A stretch of DNA of 63,617 nucleotides, counting the filler, from Bigelowiella natans CCMP2755 (Eukaryota; Protista; Cercozoa): NCBI GenBank assembly GCA_000320545.1. It is 6 parts of 6 records of this genome, joined end to end, with 100 filler letters (N's around TTAATTAATTAA, not from the genome) between each part and the next. Parts side by side here need not be neighbours in the genome. Positions count along the whole stretch, not along the records: positions 1 to 19,850 come from ADNK01002877.1; 5 more parts are not named here. One strand, written 5' to 3'. This document shows, in pieces, positions 1-12,769 of the stretch. The notes below the pieces were generated by a model, which ran no database searches, was not told the origin of the DNA, and saw only the letters and a program-made list of their open reading frames with translations. Numbering within the stretch: the stretch's first letter is position 1; each line of letters starts with the position of its first letter. A program made the translations under genes and the position numbers.

Positions 1-89
1 CGGCCTCTTCCTCAATCTGATCGGTCAGTTGGTGAAATAGTTGGATTTTCGGATAAATGGCGATGTTAATAATGATGACGATTTTAATG

Positions 90-121
<32 letters not shown>

Positions 122-347
122 GCGGGGCGGAGTTGTTACTGTGCTGATACCCTGCTGTACTCTGTCCTCCCCCCTCCTTCCCCTCCTCGTACGCTTGCTT
201 TTGCAACCACCATTTCAGGGGCAGTGGGGGGTACTGCGACGGCGTTTATCTTGCCAAGTTATCTCTATATGGCTACGACGAAGAATTTTGCAGATTTGAG
301 GTAATTCTCCACGAAGTCAGTGTGCTATGCTGTTTTTATGTTGTAGC

Positions 348-381
<34 letters not shown>

Positions 382-665
382 CCAGAAGCAGAAGGTGATG
401 ATCTAGACATCGCAACAACACATGTGAAAAGGAAAAGGCGCTTTGTCCGATGCTGATGACTATATACGTGTTCGCCTTTTCCAACCATTTCCCATTTTCC
501 TCTTTGTGATTAGAGTTCCTGTGTGTGCTGGTGGGGATATGTGTGTGTGTGTGTTTGTGCGTGCATTGTGCATTGTGCAGGCCTCTTGCCGCGTGTCTAT
601 TCGGAGCGTTCGGGGGCTTCATTGCATTCGTTGTGAGCTGCATCGCTTTTGCTAAAGGAGGGTAG
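1..665 (+). CDS. 3' part of an amino-acid transporter (Aa_trans/SLC38-like), multi-exon, 5'-truncated
   Basis: TLAFATTISGAVGGTATAFILPSYLY resembles the penultimate helix of AAAP transporters. Manual splicing (~..300, 407..469, 581..665) gives a final hydrophobic helix PLAACLFGAFGGFIAFVVSCIAFAKGG*. Confidence 0.55.
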
Positions 666-2276
666 AGTTACGCGAAGCGGGGAGGGGGAGAGGAGTAACC
701 TCATCGAGGTCAAATGGGAATCAATTTGTCAATCGTCTGGGAAGAAGCGGCATGCGATGAAGATTTTGTACATTATCTTGCGACTGTAAATATCCAAGAA
801 TGCGGTTTCGATTTATCCCGCCCCCCACCACCCCCCACCCCCTTCCTGCGTCCATCAAAGCACAAAGTTTTCAAAAGCCATGGGGGGGCTGACAGTCGGA
901 GTGGATCCTGGATTGGCTGATAATCAAATCGAGAGACTACGCATGGTGTTTAGGTCGAATCAGGCATCTTCATGCATGTATTTCGAGGAGATTTAAGAAG
1001 AAATAGCACGTTGTTACCATACGAACACTGGGGCATTTAAGTCCACGACGGACGGAAGTTTGTTTCGCTAGCTAACGATGCATTTCTAATGAATGCGTGC
1101 GCTCGTTCCTCTGTGTGTCAGCAATCTAGCAATTACGATGAGCGCAGTTTGAGCGAGGAGACGTATGTACAATGCAGTCGATACAACTTACGGCAGCAAT
1201 GCTAGAATGTCGCAATGCTCAATTGTGCGCAAAGTATTTACAGACGCGCGCTAGCAAATGAGAGTACAGAGTGTATAAAGTCGCAACAAGGACGAGAAAA
1301 ATAGACTTGCTGGCACTGTCATGACAACTTAGTCAAGCACAACAGTGCCTTTGTTGTGCAGTCTAACAGTCTAGCAGTGCATGTGCGTGTGGTCAAAGTC
1401 TAGTATGGCATGACTGACAAATGCAAAGCGCTGATGTGAAATTCATTAAAAGATGAGCACAAAATGAAAACGAATGTGCATCGCATAAAGCAAGCTGCTA
1501 TTCATACAAATGCTATGACTAGTGTACGATACGTACATGGTTGTAATGCCAATGAAAAAAAGGCCAAATGTCTACTTGATGTCTATATTATTACATGTGC
1601 GCATTTCTGCTATTGCCACTGCGCGTGCTAGCGTGCGAAGTGCTGTTTCTTGGTTTTTGTATGAAGGAGTCATCATTGTGATGAGCATGGCACAACTTTG
1701 TGCACACATGCCTAGGTAGCTATGTGCGTGCAAATCCACTAAATTCTGAAACCAACTAATCTACCAATCGGCCTCTGATTTGTCTCTCGCACTTGCAGAA
1801 TTTGTGTGAGTTGAAACAAACGAAACTCTGAGGCGCTGAATGACAATGCCACAGCCAGATGCCTCACGAGGTAGTTCCCTTTTAGTAATGATCCTCCTGA
1901 GGCTCTGATGTCGCGGGTTCAAAATTGACTCCATCTTCGGATACCCATACCCACTGGTCCTTTGATTATTGGTAGACAACACACTAATCAAACTCTCAAG
2001 GCATGGTGTAGAAGAAGGCGGTGTTGGAGAAAAGGTGAGCGAACGAATACGATTTGTCGCGAGGCGAAAAGAGCGATCGCAATTTTCGTATTCTTCACCG
2101 CGGAGATCACAGCGAAGCCAGACGATATGCAGCGAGAAAAAACGGCTAGGAAGACTATAGCGTGCAAGAACACACAATTGCATAGAAGGGCTGGAACGAA
2201 TAAAAACTGTCGGGGGCATTTCTTAGGCGATGATCGCCGCTTGGTTTGTTTTGTTTCGAATGACGACATGCAATGA

Positions 2277-2380
2277 CCAGATTTTCCGTGGAGAACCCTG
2301 CGGCAGCGCTGGACGCTCCCCCCATTTCTATAATCTCGTTGCGTAATGCCTCTGCAGTCAGCTGAACATAATACACGGTG

Positions 2381-2424
<44 letters not shown>

Positions 2425-2707
2425 ATACATATCTACATCAACGGAAAGCCTCTCGCAACGTCATCATCATCATCATCATCATGGGATACAATCCATTCAT
2501 TTCCAATGGTAAAACCACCTTCCTTGCGGTTACAGAAAAGTTTCTTATTATATCCTGCAGCTGCTGTTGCGACAACTGCCGGAGGTACGGTCTACGCGGC
2601 GACGCAAAACACGAGTTTTGATCAAAAATCAATCGGAAAAAAAACCGACGAGTGCTGTGCTGCGACATGGCAAATTCTAATATTAAATGCGCATTATATG
2701 AATGTAT

Positions 2708-2754
<47 letters not shown>

Positions 2755-3045
2755 GCAGTAAAACTGAAATCGATACAGAACTAGAATGAAGAACATCAAA
2801 ATAATAACGACGACGATGTACTAGTACTAGTTCTGCTACTACTAGTAGTATTAGTAGCAGTATTACTTGTAGAAATCAAGTGACTGGGGCTTGCTTCCAA
2901 GGGCTGAAAAGCTGACTAATCTCTTCCTCTTCTTGCCTCCCTATTCAATAGCGCACATAAGCATGAGAAGTCAAAGAAACAGAAAGACGGGACAAGTAGA
3001 AGATGCGAGTGTGATATACATACACACACACACACACACACACAC

Positions 3046-3083
<38 letters not shown>

Positions 3084-3323
3084 TATTAATATACATTTTC
3101 CATATATTTTATATGGCATATATCATCATAAACATCATCACAATATACTTGATCTCGTCGCATATCTACGCATAACACGCATCTTTGTAGTCGCACACAC
3201 CTTATTTTTCGAGCCCTTCGCTCTATCTGCGTTTGCACTGCTATTCCGCTGTCTCCTCCCCCCCGTCTTTCTCCCAGCTGGTTCTTCACTGCCCATCTCA
3301 ACGTGGCGGCCTGATTGAACAAG

Positions 3324-3357
<34 letters not shown>

Positions 3358-3542
3358 AAAAGTGGTAGGCTCTGCACACGAAGGCAGCCATTCTCTGCTG
3401 AATTCGCTGCTACTTCTACTCAGGATGCATGCAGCACGTACCAATCAGAAACGATCCACATCGATCGGCGATCTCGGCCTTGGTTCCACGGCTCGAGACT
3501 CTTCCATTGGCGACAAGAACACACACACACACGATCACACAC

Positions 3543-3587
<45 letters not shown>

Positions 3588-3759
3588 CACACGTTACAAA
3601 AGTCGATGCGTTTTGCCGCATGCATTCTATCTGGTCGCAGTTATCTCCAATGCAGCTGCAGCTCGCACCCGAAGACTCTCGCCAGTTGTCGCAGGATCTC
3701 CGCCGTCCACTTGCTCGTCGAGAGACTCGAGACCAGATTCTGATGACGGCAACCATAAC

Positions 3760-3790
<31 letters not shown>

Positions 3791-5452
3791 CTGCAAGAAA
3801 GAAAAGTCTCGCGTACCTGTTTGGCGCCCACATCCCCTGGGTTGAAGAAGGAAAAGGCCTGGATCTCGTGCTTCCGCCGCGCTCTCTGGCCAACTGACCC
3901 GAACAAAAGGCGGTGTAGCAGTTTTACCTGCATCGATCGAGAGAGCCAAAGGTGAGAGGAGGAGAGAGAGGGAGAGGGAGAGAGAGAGAGAGAAGGGAGA
4001 GAGAGAGAGAGAGAGAGAGAGAAAAGCAGCGTGATTGAATTATACGATGGCAATGACAGTGATAATCATTGCAAAACCAGGATATCGTCTCGACTGAGCT
4101 TCTTAAGTCCTTTCATTATCGTCGAGTTGAACCCGAGCATCCCCGTGCGTGCAGCTGTTTTATGCTTTGCGTCATTTGAGCCTTTTCCCTCCTCCTCATC
4201 TGTCGCATCGTCACTGTCGTTCTGGGCGACGGTCTTTGCCTTTGCTGCCGATGCTGCCACGCCGGCTGCACTGCTGGCTTTGGTTTTCTTGTCTTCCGCA
4301 GCGGAATTGGCCTGTTGTGTTGATTCGAACGAAGGCGAATGTTGTTTCAGTCTCTCCTCTCACACTACCTCTCTTCGATCATGTTGCGCCTCCCCTCCCT
4401 TCTGCCGCTGCAATGCGTTTGGGCGTGTGGTGGCTACCTACCGGTTGTGTTGACCCTACCTGACCCAACTTCTTCTTTGCCGCAGCTAATGCCATGGCCA
4501 CGTTGCTACTAGACCGCGTTGTTTTCCGCCGCTTCGAGGAGGAGCTTCCTGCTTACCCGGGCGATAAATGATACAAGTCAAAATGGGAAATACTCGATGC
4601 TGTTCTTGTTGCAACGTCACCTCTTGACGAGCTCGCAACCTGCGAGATGCCTCCACGGGAAGGTTTACGCACGACGCGCTTTCTCCTCTTTCCACGCCTC
4701 GGTGCGCTCGCTGCAATGGCGGTGCGGCCCAAGGCGGTGAGAGGTGCCTCTGCGTCCGAATCGGAATCATCAGAGGATTCGTCATCAGAACTGTCACTTG
4801 ATGGCTTCTTCGCCTCCAAGGGATTTGAGGGCGTGGTGTTATTGGTGGTGGTGGTGGTGGCAGTGGTGGTGGTAGGATTTGGATTTGAAGAGGCAGTAGG
4901 AATTGGGGGAGAATCAGCGGTAGCAGCAGGTGTAGAAGTAGAGGGCGGGGGGTCAGTATCCTTGGGGATTATTTTGTCTTTCAGCACCTTCAGCGGGATG
5001 TCATCGGAGTCATCCTCTTCGCCCTGCATGCCAGTCGTCGTGCTCGCGGAGAGGGGGGTGGGACGGGTTGATTCCCCCGGCATGGAGGGAGAGTTCTCTG
5101 TTCTCTCGTGTGAGGATGAGTTTAGTAAATATTTTATCGGGAAATTAACCAACGAAGGACTCATCATTAGGCTAGTCTGCAAACTAGCTGATTAACTGGC
5201 CAAATGGACCGCTGCTGTCGAATACAGAATTCTATGAAGTATTGAGGGTATTCGGTAAGGACGGTAAGTTGTTCCGGAGCAGCCGCGTACGACACACAAC
5301 AACAACATATACAACAGTAAATTATTGGCAAAACTATTCGTCGAAAGAACCTGAGGATTTACTATTACGACATCAATATATCGCCGAAAGTATTTAGATT
5401 TACCACGAGGTGGAACCCTCTCAACCTCCAGAACCAACAAAACTTCTCCCAT
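2277..5452 (-). CDS. DEK-like chromatin protein with long disordered N-terminus, multi-exon; both ends uncertain
   Basis: Spliced LKKLSRDDIL|VKLLHRLLFGSVGQRARRKHEIQAFSFF (~4080-3860) resembles the DEK LH.LL(Y/F)G..G....K..I..FS motif. QQLQDIIRNFSVTARK|LTAEALRNEIIE resembles DEK_C. Acidic/Ser-rich exon at 4553..5182. Confidence 0.5.
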
Positions 5453-5502
5453 GTTTTAGCTTGTCGCAGATGTAAAATCTACATAAATTTTCCCATACGA
5501 CA

Positions 5503-7969
5503 ATGGAAGAAATAGAAAATCAAAGCAGAGCTCCTGTGCGCTTTGGGAGAACCACAAAAAACATGGCCTCGTTCCTATTCATGTCCAACAACCGGGGGGC
5601 GAGCTCGGGGGCGAAGACGGAAGGGTATTTATTCAAGCGTGGAGCTGTTAACAAGGATTATAAGGAAAGATACTTTCGCCTCTACGGCTCGTTGATGCGC
5701 TACTACAAGGATGAGTTTGCAAAAAAGTACATGATGCTCAAATGCTCGAATGCATATCGATGAATTGTTAACATTTTGTAAAACGTAGATATTTTAAGCT
5801 AGATTGCGAAATACGCGATTACGCGTATTTCACAGCGAGCTCAAACTCAGCCGTGTTTCAGTAATACGGCATTTCAAATGCAATTCGGGCATTTTACCGT
5901 TTCAACGCAATACGTGTTTCATGAAATACCCGTGAAATACACGATGAATTTGAACAAACTACACTAATCCTAACCTGACATTTACATATTTCAAAGCGTA
6001 CTTCTTGAAATACGCGTGTTTTTCGCAACTTAGACCCTAAGTGAATCGATACATCGATACATTCTGATTCAGCCTAAATGTTCTTGGGTATGCATTGTTT
6101 TGTTATTCTAGTTCTCTTGGCGAAATCATCCTCTATAACTCTCTGATTGTTAATTCCCCTGTGGAGAAAGGGTCTGCAAATTGTGCAGTTGTTTTGATAT
6201 AATAAGCAGCGTATTACGTACAAAAGTGAGCCATTTAGCAAACGCGATTGTGTTATGTAAAAGATTCAAAGTTGTATCGGCGAGTCGAACGTTCCACCTA
6301 CGAGCACGGACCGAAAAGGAAGTCGAGGTCTTACTGAGTGAAATGTTGAAACTATTTCAATGAACTTATCCTTGTTTGGTGCTATTTAGCGTTGGATACG
6401 CAACGTCGCAAATATTAACGGTGTAAAGGTGGATCAAGACATCGTTAAGGTTATATTACAGGAAAAATCATCCAACCCTTTCGTAATTTGTCTTTCTATA
6501 GTTCCTTACTGAAAATCCACCACTGCAAAAGCCGAAAACGATTCCAAGTGACGACTCAAGATCAGTATGTTTGGCAGTGAACGTGTCGTTCAATCCTCTC
6601 ATTAAGACTTCCGTAGGTTGCACAGAGCAGTTATCTTTTCAAGAAAGGTGCTTTGAATACAAGTTATAAAAAGCGATGGTTCGAGCTCAGAAGAGACGTA
6701 TTATCTTACTATGAGAACTCAAGTGCGACAAAACCCAACGGAATTATTGACCTAGTCCGCTGTATGCTTGTAACCGAACCGGCAATCAATGATAATTTGG
6801 GGTATTATTCAAAGAGTATAGTTCATTCTGATGGGATGAAGGAAGTGAATATAGAATATATGTTTGCTAATTAAAAGATTTAAGCTAATATGTGAAGACC
6901 GTACCTTTGATCTAAAAGCAGGGAACAAGGAAGACTACAATGTAATTTCAAACTTGGGTTTCTACATACTTCTCTGTTGTTTTCCGCTATGAGTGTAGAT
7001 ATTGCAGAAAGCATTTCTGAATTTAAAATCTTCTTTATATTGTCTATATTAAGGTTTGGATCGCCTCATTAGAACGCGCACCAATATTGAAGAGATGCTA
7101 CTCGAATGATTTCTGTAAGAAATGCAAATCAACGTAACTGATCTGTTATTTCCAAAGCATGCCATGTGGAAGACTTTGCAGAAGGTTAGTGAGAAGTATG
7201 TATTATTATCAAAATCAGGGCAAGACGCCACAGCACCTAAATATCAAACAAAGGTGCGAACAATAGTTCAAATGAGTAACAACCTTTTAATCCCGAATGA
7301 ATTTTTCATAGAAGGGAAATCGTGGGAAAGCACAAGCATTCTCGGAAAAAGACGACGACGGATTTGACTTTGGAGATGGTATTGAGGCTGTACAAGAACG
7401 GAAAAAGTCATCGACTCCACCGGTAGTCCCTGAGAAGAAGAGGATTGTAAGAAAGGAAATAAAGACTGGGGGGAAGGGGTCAAAAACTAAAAGCAAAAAA
7501 CGAAGTTCAAGTAGGAAAAGAGGCGCCAAAAAGAAGGATGAAGGCACAAAGGTTGTTACGGGACCAACTGGAATACAGCCTAACTCCAGAGCAGATATTC
7601 TCGGACTGTAAGGCATTTTGACTTCCTAACTCGAAACATGAATACTTTGTTTTGATGAATTACTTGGGTATATTCGGTGTGTCATTAAGGAATGTGAAGA
7701 GTGATGAGGGCGACTCTGAAGTAGGAGCTAACATGGAAAAACCGAACCTTTTGATAAGCATATTTGGAAAGGATGGAAATGAAATTAGCAGGGAAGGTTC
7801 GCAAGACATCGCACCAACAAAGCCTGAAAAACAATTACAAGTTCCAACCAATGCAAGTTCTAACAAAAGAAATTCGTTCGATGATTTTAATCCTTTTGAG
7901 CATAGTGAAAAACACAATGATAATGCTTCAAATGAAACTAAACCAAACGATTACAACCCATTCCGCTAA
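5503..7969 (+). CDS. Tandem PH-domain protein, multi-exon
   Basis: First PH domain: KTEGYLFKRGAVNKDYKERYFRL...FKVVSASRTFHLRARTEKE. Second PH domain: YLFKKGALNTSYKKRWFELRRDVLSYYE...PNGIIDL...RTFDLKA. The acidic tail carries NPF motifs. Confidence 0.85.
5799..6033. mobile_element. MITE-like foldback element in the first intron of the PH gene
   Basis: Ends CTAGATTGCGAAA and TTTCGCAACTTAG form an imperfect inverted repeat; internal GAAATAC/GTATTTC sub-repeats occur in both orientations; no ORF. Confidence 0.5.
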
Positions 7970-8284
7970 AAATAAGTTTTTCGCTAGCAAGGATAGAATT
8001 CTTCTAAATACAATTGAAACAGTGCTGTGAGCATGCTTCAATGTAAAGCAAATGATGCGGATGCAAACGCTACGCATGTTAGCATGCCGTTTTTTACTAG
8101 CATATACTAGTATATTTTGTTGCTGGCCCAGGCAGACAAGCAGAGAACATGCATTTTTAAGCTCAGCATGCGAGAAAATGAAATTGTTCACTTCATGAAA
8201 GCTGCCATGAGACTACACTACTGCTGCATGTTGCCTTGTCATCACAACATCTGCATTGTTGGCACCACTACATTGTATAGTAGT

Positions 8285-10620
8285 TTAGGTCCGAATTGAT
8301 CTACATGCTAGGTGCACAAATGTTCTCCGAAAAACACTTTCTTTCACAATGGTGACGTTATGTTTTTGAGCAAATCTTATTTTGCGCGTTTCGTGCACGT
8401 TGAAGTTCTTGATGATCAAGAGGGAAGTGGATTTGTGCAAATCATTTTGAAATGTGCAACCTGATTCCGCTGCCATCATCCTCAGATTGCGTCTCTGGGT
8501 CTTCGAGAGACCTGACGAGCACACCACTGCACCTTGTCGAAAGATAATTTGTTCCACAGATCGCGGATCTTTTAGAGTTCTCACGCCCCTTTTCCGAAGA
8601 CAGTATCGCCTCTTGGTATCACGCCTCATCTCCCTTGAAACATGATTTTTTCGCTTCCTCGGAAAATATTCATTGTGAAGTCTGTCAAGTTTTTGGAGGT
8701 ATCTCTGTAGGGAATTTACTACAGTGCTGGCAACTTTCTCCCCATTTTCGTTCATCAAACGTCTGGTCTGCTTTTCTAAAAGTTTCATTATCATTTCGTT
8801 TTTCTCAATCTTGTCCATTAAAGCACCAAACTTCTCCTTAAAACAAATAATCAAAACCATTTTAGGGCTTAGTACATAACTAAATAACGAAATTGTACGT
8901 TGAATGCTGTTGCCGTGTTTCCCATCTTTGTCATCAACATTTCTCGGTTCTCGCTTTCTTTTGATATTTCACACATCATTCTAGCTTTATTATCAGAAGA
9001 TTCTTTCCTGGCTTCTTTTCTCCATGAACTAAGCAAAGGCATGATTTTGGCCATAATTTCAGACACGATGTTTCGTCTCAATGCAGCGGTTGTATCTCTT
9101 TGTCTTCGAATTTCTAGTCGAGTGGCCTTCATTAACTCAGAAGTAATTCTTTGCATTTCCCCCTCAAAATTAGATCTTTCCTTACCTTTCAAGTTATTGA
9201 TAATTATGGAAAAACTTTCTGCAGAATGTAAAACAAAATTAAAAATTATTTAACCTAATAAAACACTATCATCCATTATTAGCTCCATATCAATATCCCT
9301 GGTTTTTGAAATAAATTTTGTTGAGACGATCCCATCTATATTTCAATGAGTAAGGCACATTTAAGTTGTACCGTTCTTTTTGAGATTGGTATTCCACATC
9401 GTGAGAATTGACACTCATGTCCAATGTACTATCACTCAGATAGGTTGGGAGAGCCTTGACTTCTTTTATTGGAGTCTTGCATTTAATCCTAGTAATTGGA
9501 TCATACTGATGCCCATCACTTGAATTGCTATCTTTCTGATCTAATATCTCGCTTTTTACTCTTTCTACTTCAGATCCTAACAGATTTTTATTGGCAAGAT
9601 GAGACTTCGAAGACACCTTAAGCATACAAGGAGGTCCATGTTGAACATTCTGAGGGTTCATCTGATAGGTGCCGACGCAAGACCGTAACTTTGATGATGC
9701 AATTGGATTGTCTTCAGAAGTTATACATCCTTGATCGTGTATACTTTTCGATTCGTTTTGTGATTGCTGCGAAATTTCAACACTAGATCTAGGCCCAAAG
9801 ATTGCTTGAGTGCACTTCCATGTTTCGCCTTTCAACAGAGGAATAGATATGTTCTCCGATAAAGGATCGATTTCCTTTTTATTCAGATCGTGGGTTATCT
9901 CATGTCCAGCTATTTTTTCGCGATTGATCTTTGATGGGGTTTTCGATGTGTGGTTATTTGTAGCTTTTAGCACAACACAACATTTATTATCGGTTCTAAT
10001 TTCAGCCTGTAGTTTTTCTTCATGAGCACCATCCAATACTTCATTGCTATGTAAACAGAGACTCTGTGCAGCTTCCATAACAGCATTTATTTCAAGATCG
10101 AAAGCCTGCCTCTCAGGGATAGTAGCAATCTTTTCGTTTGCACGAGAAACTGTTGCATTTTGAGAACTTGGAAATGAATACTCTTCGCTTAAATCTATTT
10201 TGTTAGTTGAATTCACCGAGTTTCTAGTTTCTTCATTAAAATTTCGAGACAGTTTGGCTCGTTTCCTACCAGACAACATCATAAACACAAAGTATGTAGT
10301 AACAATTCATAGCCTTATCAAATAAAGATGCGTTTAAGTTCATTTTTGAAATCGCGCTCCTTGCTTAGTTTTGTGCTGGAACGACTCAACGCAATTCTCT
10401 AGTGAATCTAAAATGTTCATCAAATGCACTAGTTGCTCAATAAGCAATACCTTCTAGACCTAAGACGTCTTTCATCAAGCTTTCGATCCCTAATGTCTTC
10501 TGGTGTTTGGGGATCTGCAGATTGAAAAACTCGAGGCATGTTTGATGCAGCTTGGAGGGAGAAGTATTCAATGATGGATTTAGACGAAGTCAACGTAAGC
10601 GCTTCCTTGCTAACTGTTCC
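8285..10620 (-). CDS. C-terminal BRCT-domain protein with disordered and coiled-coil regions, multi-exon; 5' end uncertain
   Basis: Last exon IFRQGAVVCSSGLSKTQRRNLRMMAAESGCTFQNDLHKSTSLLII..RKIRFAQKHNVTIVKESVF fits the BRCT pattern. Same-strand ORFs 8869..9192 and 9290..10288 lie upstream. Confidence 0.7.
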
Positions 10621-11391
10621 GTTGGAAATTTAAACGAGTTAAAGCCTAATGGTTTGTCGGTTTTGTCGCATGTGAAGAAATGCCTCACAAATGACATGAT
10701 CATTTTCAACTTTCTTGTCGCAACGGAAAACGCATCTAGCTTCTAGTCAACTAGCATTGTCGGATGTGAAGGTTCATCAAGGTTCATTTCAGTGAATCAC
10801 CACTTCACCACCCTGGTGACTGTCAATGTCATCTTTGAAGCTGCCAGTTTGACCGTGCATCTTTTGTTTGCCGTTGCAGTTGGTTGCCTTTGTGTGCGCA
10901 TTTTTTTCAATGAATTCAGAGAACTCACGTCTGAACACGTTTGCACAATTTGGCACGATGTTGAAGGCAACAGCCAATTAGCAACGACGTGATGCTGTGC
11001 CAAAAAAACACGAAGTGGAAGTGCACACATTTCAAGTTCAATGTCTGGGCCACAGGGTGTATGCTAGCATGGGACAGTGAGTGTGCAGCATTGTGATGCA
11101 GCTAAACAATGCGCAGACTAGCAGATGCGGATGCCAACAACTTGATGATCTGGACATGTGCACAAGAACCTGCGCATCGAACACAGATGCTGATGGGCAA
11201 ATTGGGAGCATGTAACTCTCAAAGAACTCATGAAGGTTGGAGATTTTGCATGAATGTTGCTCACGAAGGTGACGCATCATTCCTGCCAATAGAAATCATG
11301 TTTTTGCTCTGTTGCACCTGTGGTGGTGTTTGCTGTTGCTTCGGAGTCAAAAGATCTACGTGAAAAACATGATCAGCTCTTCGATGAAATT

Positions 11392-12156
11392 TTAGAGTTG
11401 TAAAAGGTCTATCAGATACCCCCATCGAGACAGAAATGAGGTTGAGGATCTCCGTTCTCTTCTCAAATGTCGCAAAGGAATAGTCGGTGGTTGCTGGGAA
11501 AGCTGACTTCTGGTCAAGGGCTGTAATATCTCTTCAGCATAGATGGTGAGTTCTGAAGTCGTCTTTCTGAAGAATTCTTTAAAAGTTCCAGCATTGTTAT
11601 ATTCGAATCTAAACTCCTCTATTTTCCTCCCGATTCTTTCAAGACAATTATCGATGCTAGTATCGTACTTATTTTTGTAGGACCCTTTTAATATTTTATC
11701 ACATTTTGGCTCTTTCCTAGAAACAGCCGAAGCGTCCATATGGCCTACAATGAAAAGTTAGGTTTTGGTTTTATTTGAAATCTAAAGTTTCTGACCGGAC
11801 AAATGAGAATCAAAACGAATAGCCATAATACTTCTCCAACACAGCTAAAAGTAATTTGAATGATCGGTCTTTTATCCTATGCATATGTTGTAAACAAAAT
11901 AGTTTTGTGCTTTTAGTTTTGTGGGAATTCGCACTTCCAATTAAGATAAACAACCTCTGATGTTGTGAGTTCTGTTACTGCAGTTATTTCCGTACCTGGT
12001 TACCAAAATCGGGAAATTTAAAGTGGATATTTAGGGCAATAAACTATGCTTTCTTCTACCGATATCATCATCTGCGTTTTCATCTTGTTTCTTCTCTTCG
12101 TTCATTCCATTCATAACCGGTGGAACCATCTTCGACCGATTATCTCGTGACGACAT
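11392..12156 (-). CDS. Unknown protein exons; either a separate gene or the 5' part of the BRCT gene
   Basis: ATG at 12156 (MSSRDNRSKMVPP...), short AT-rich introns and ORF 11392..11739. Confidence 0.4.
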
Positions 12157-12769
12157 TGATTCGTTCTTCTCACTCTTCTCAACTGTAAACCATACCACGT
12201 CTCATAGCAAACGAAGTTTTTTTAAAACCAGCAACACAGCGACAAGTTTCTCATCTTTCTTTTAGAACACCATTTGGGTGCTCGTCATCCACCATCCGGG
12301 ACCTCTCGGCGCAGTAAAAAACCGGATATTTGCCGATAAATTCAAAAAAATAAACATTAATTCTTCGCCATGAAGGTTTGCACATACATGCATCATTCAG
12401 ATGCGCACATCTGGACATGCATCCAAATCGCAATGTGATTCAATCTAGTCAATGACAGCATTTTTTATTCATCTTTGACACTACACCACATTCTTGCGTC
12501 ATCTTTGATTCATCTTTGACATCACACCACATTCTTGCTTGATGACGCAAGAACGCATGTCCATTCGGACATGCACTCATCATGGATGCACACGCAACAT
12601 CATGCATGTGTCATGCATGCTGTTGCCACGTCTGTCATTGTTTGGTTCCTCAATGATGGCCTTGATGTGACGATCATTGACACTTGTTTTGCTGTGGTGA
12701 TGTGGCCGCAGTGATCATCATCTAGGGCAAACCATGAACACTTCGGATGCAATGCAGACTCGAACTTTG

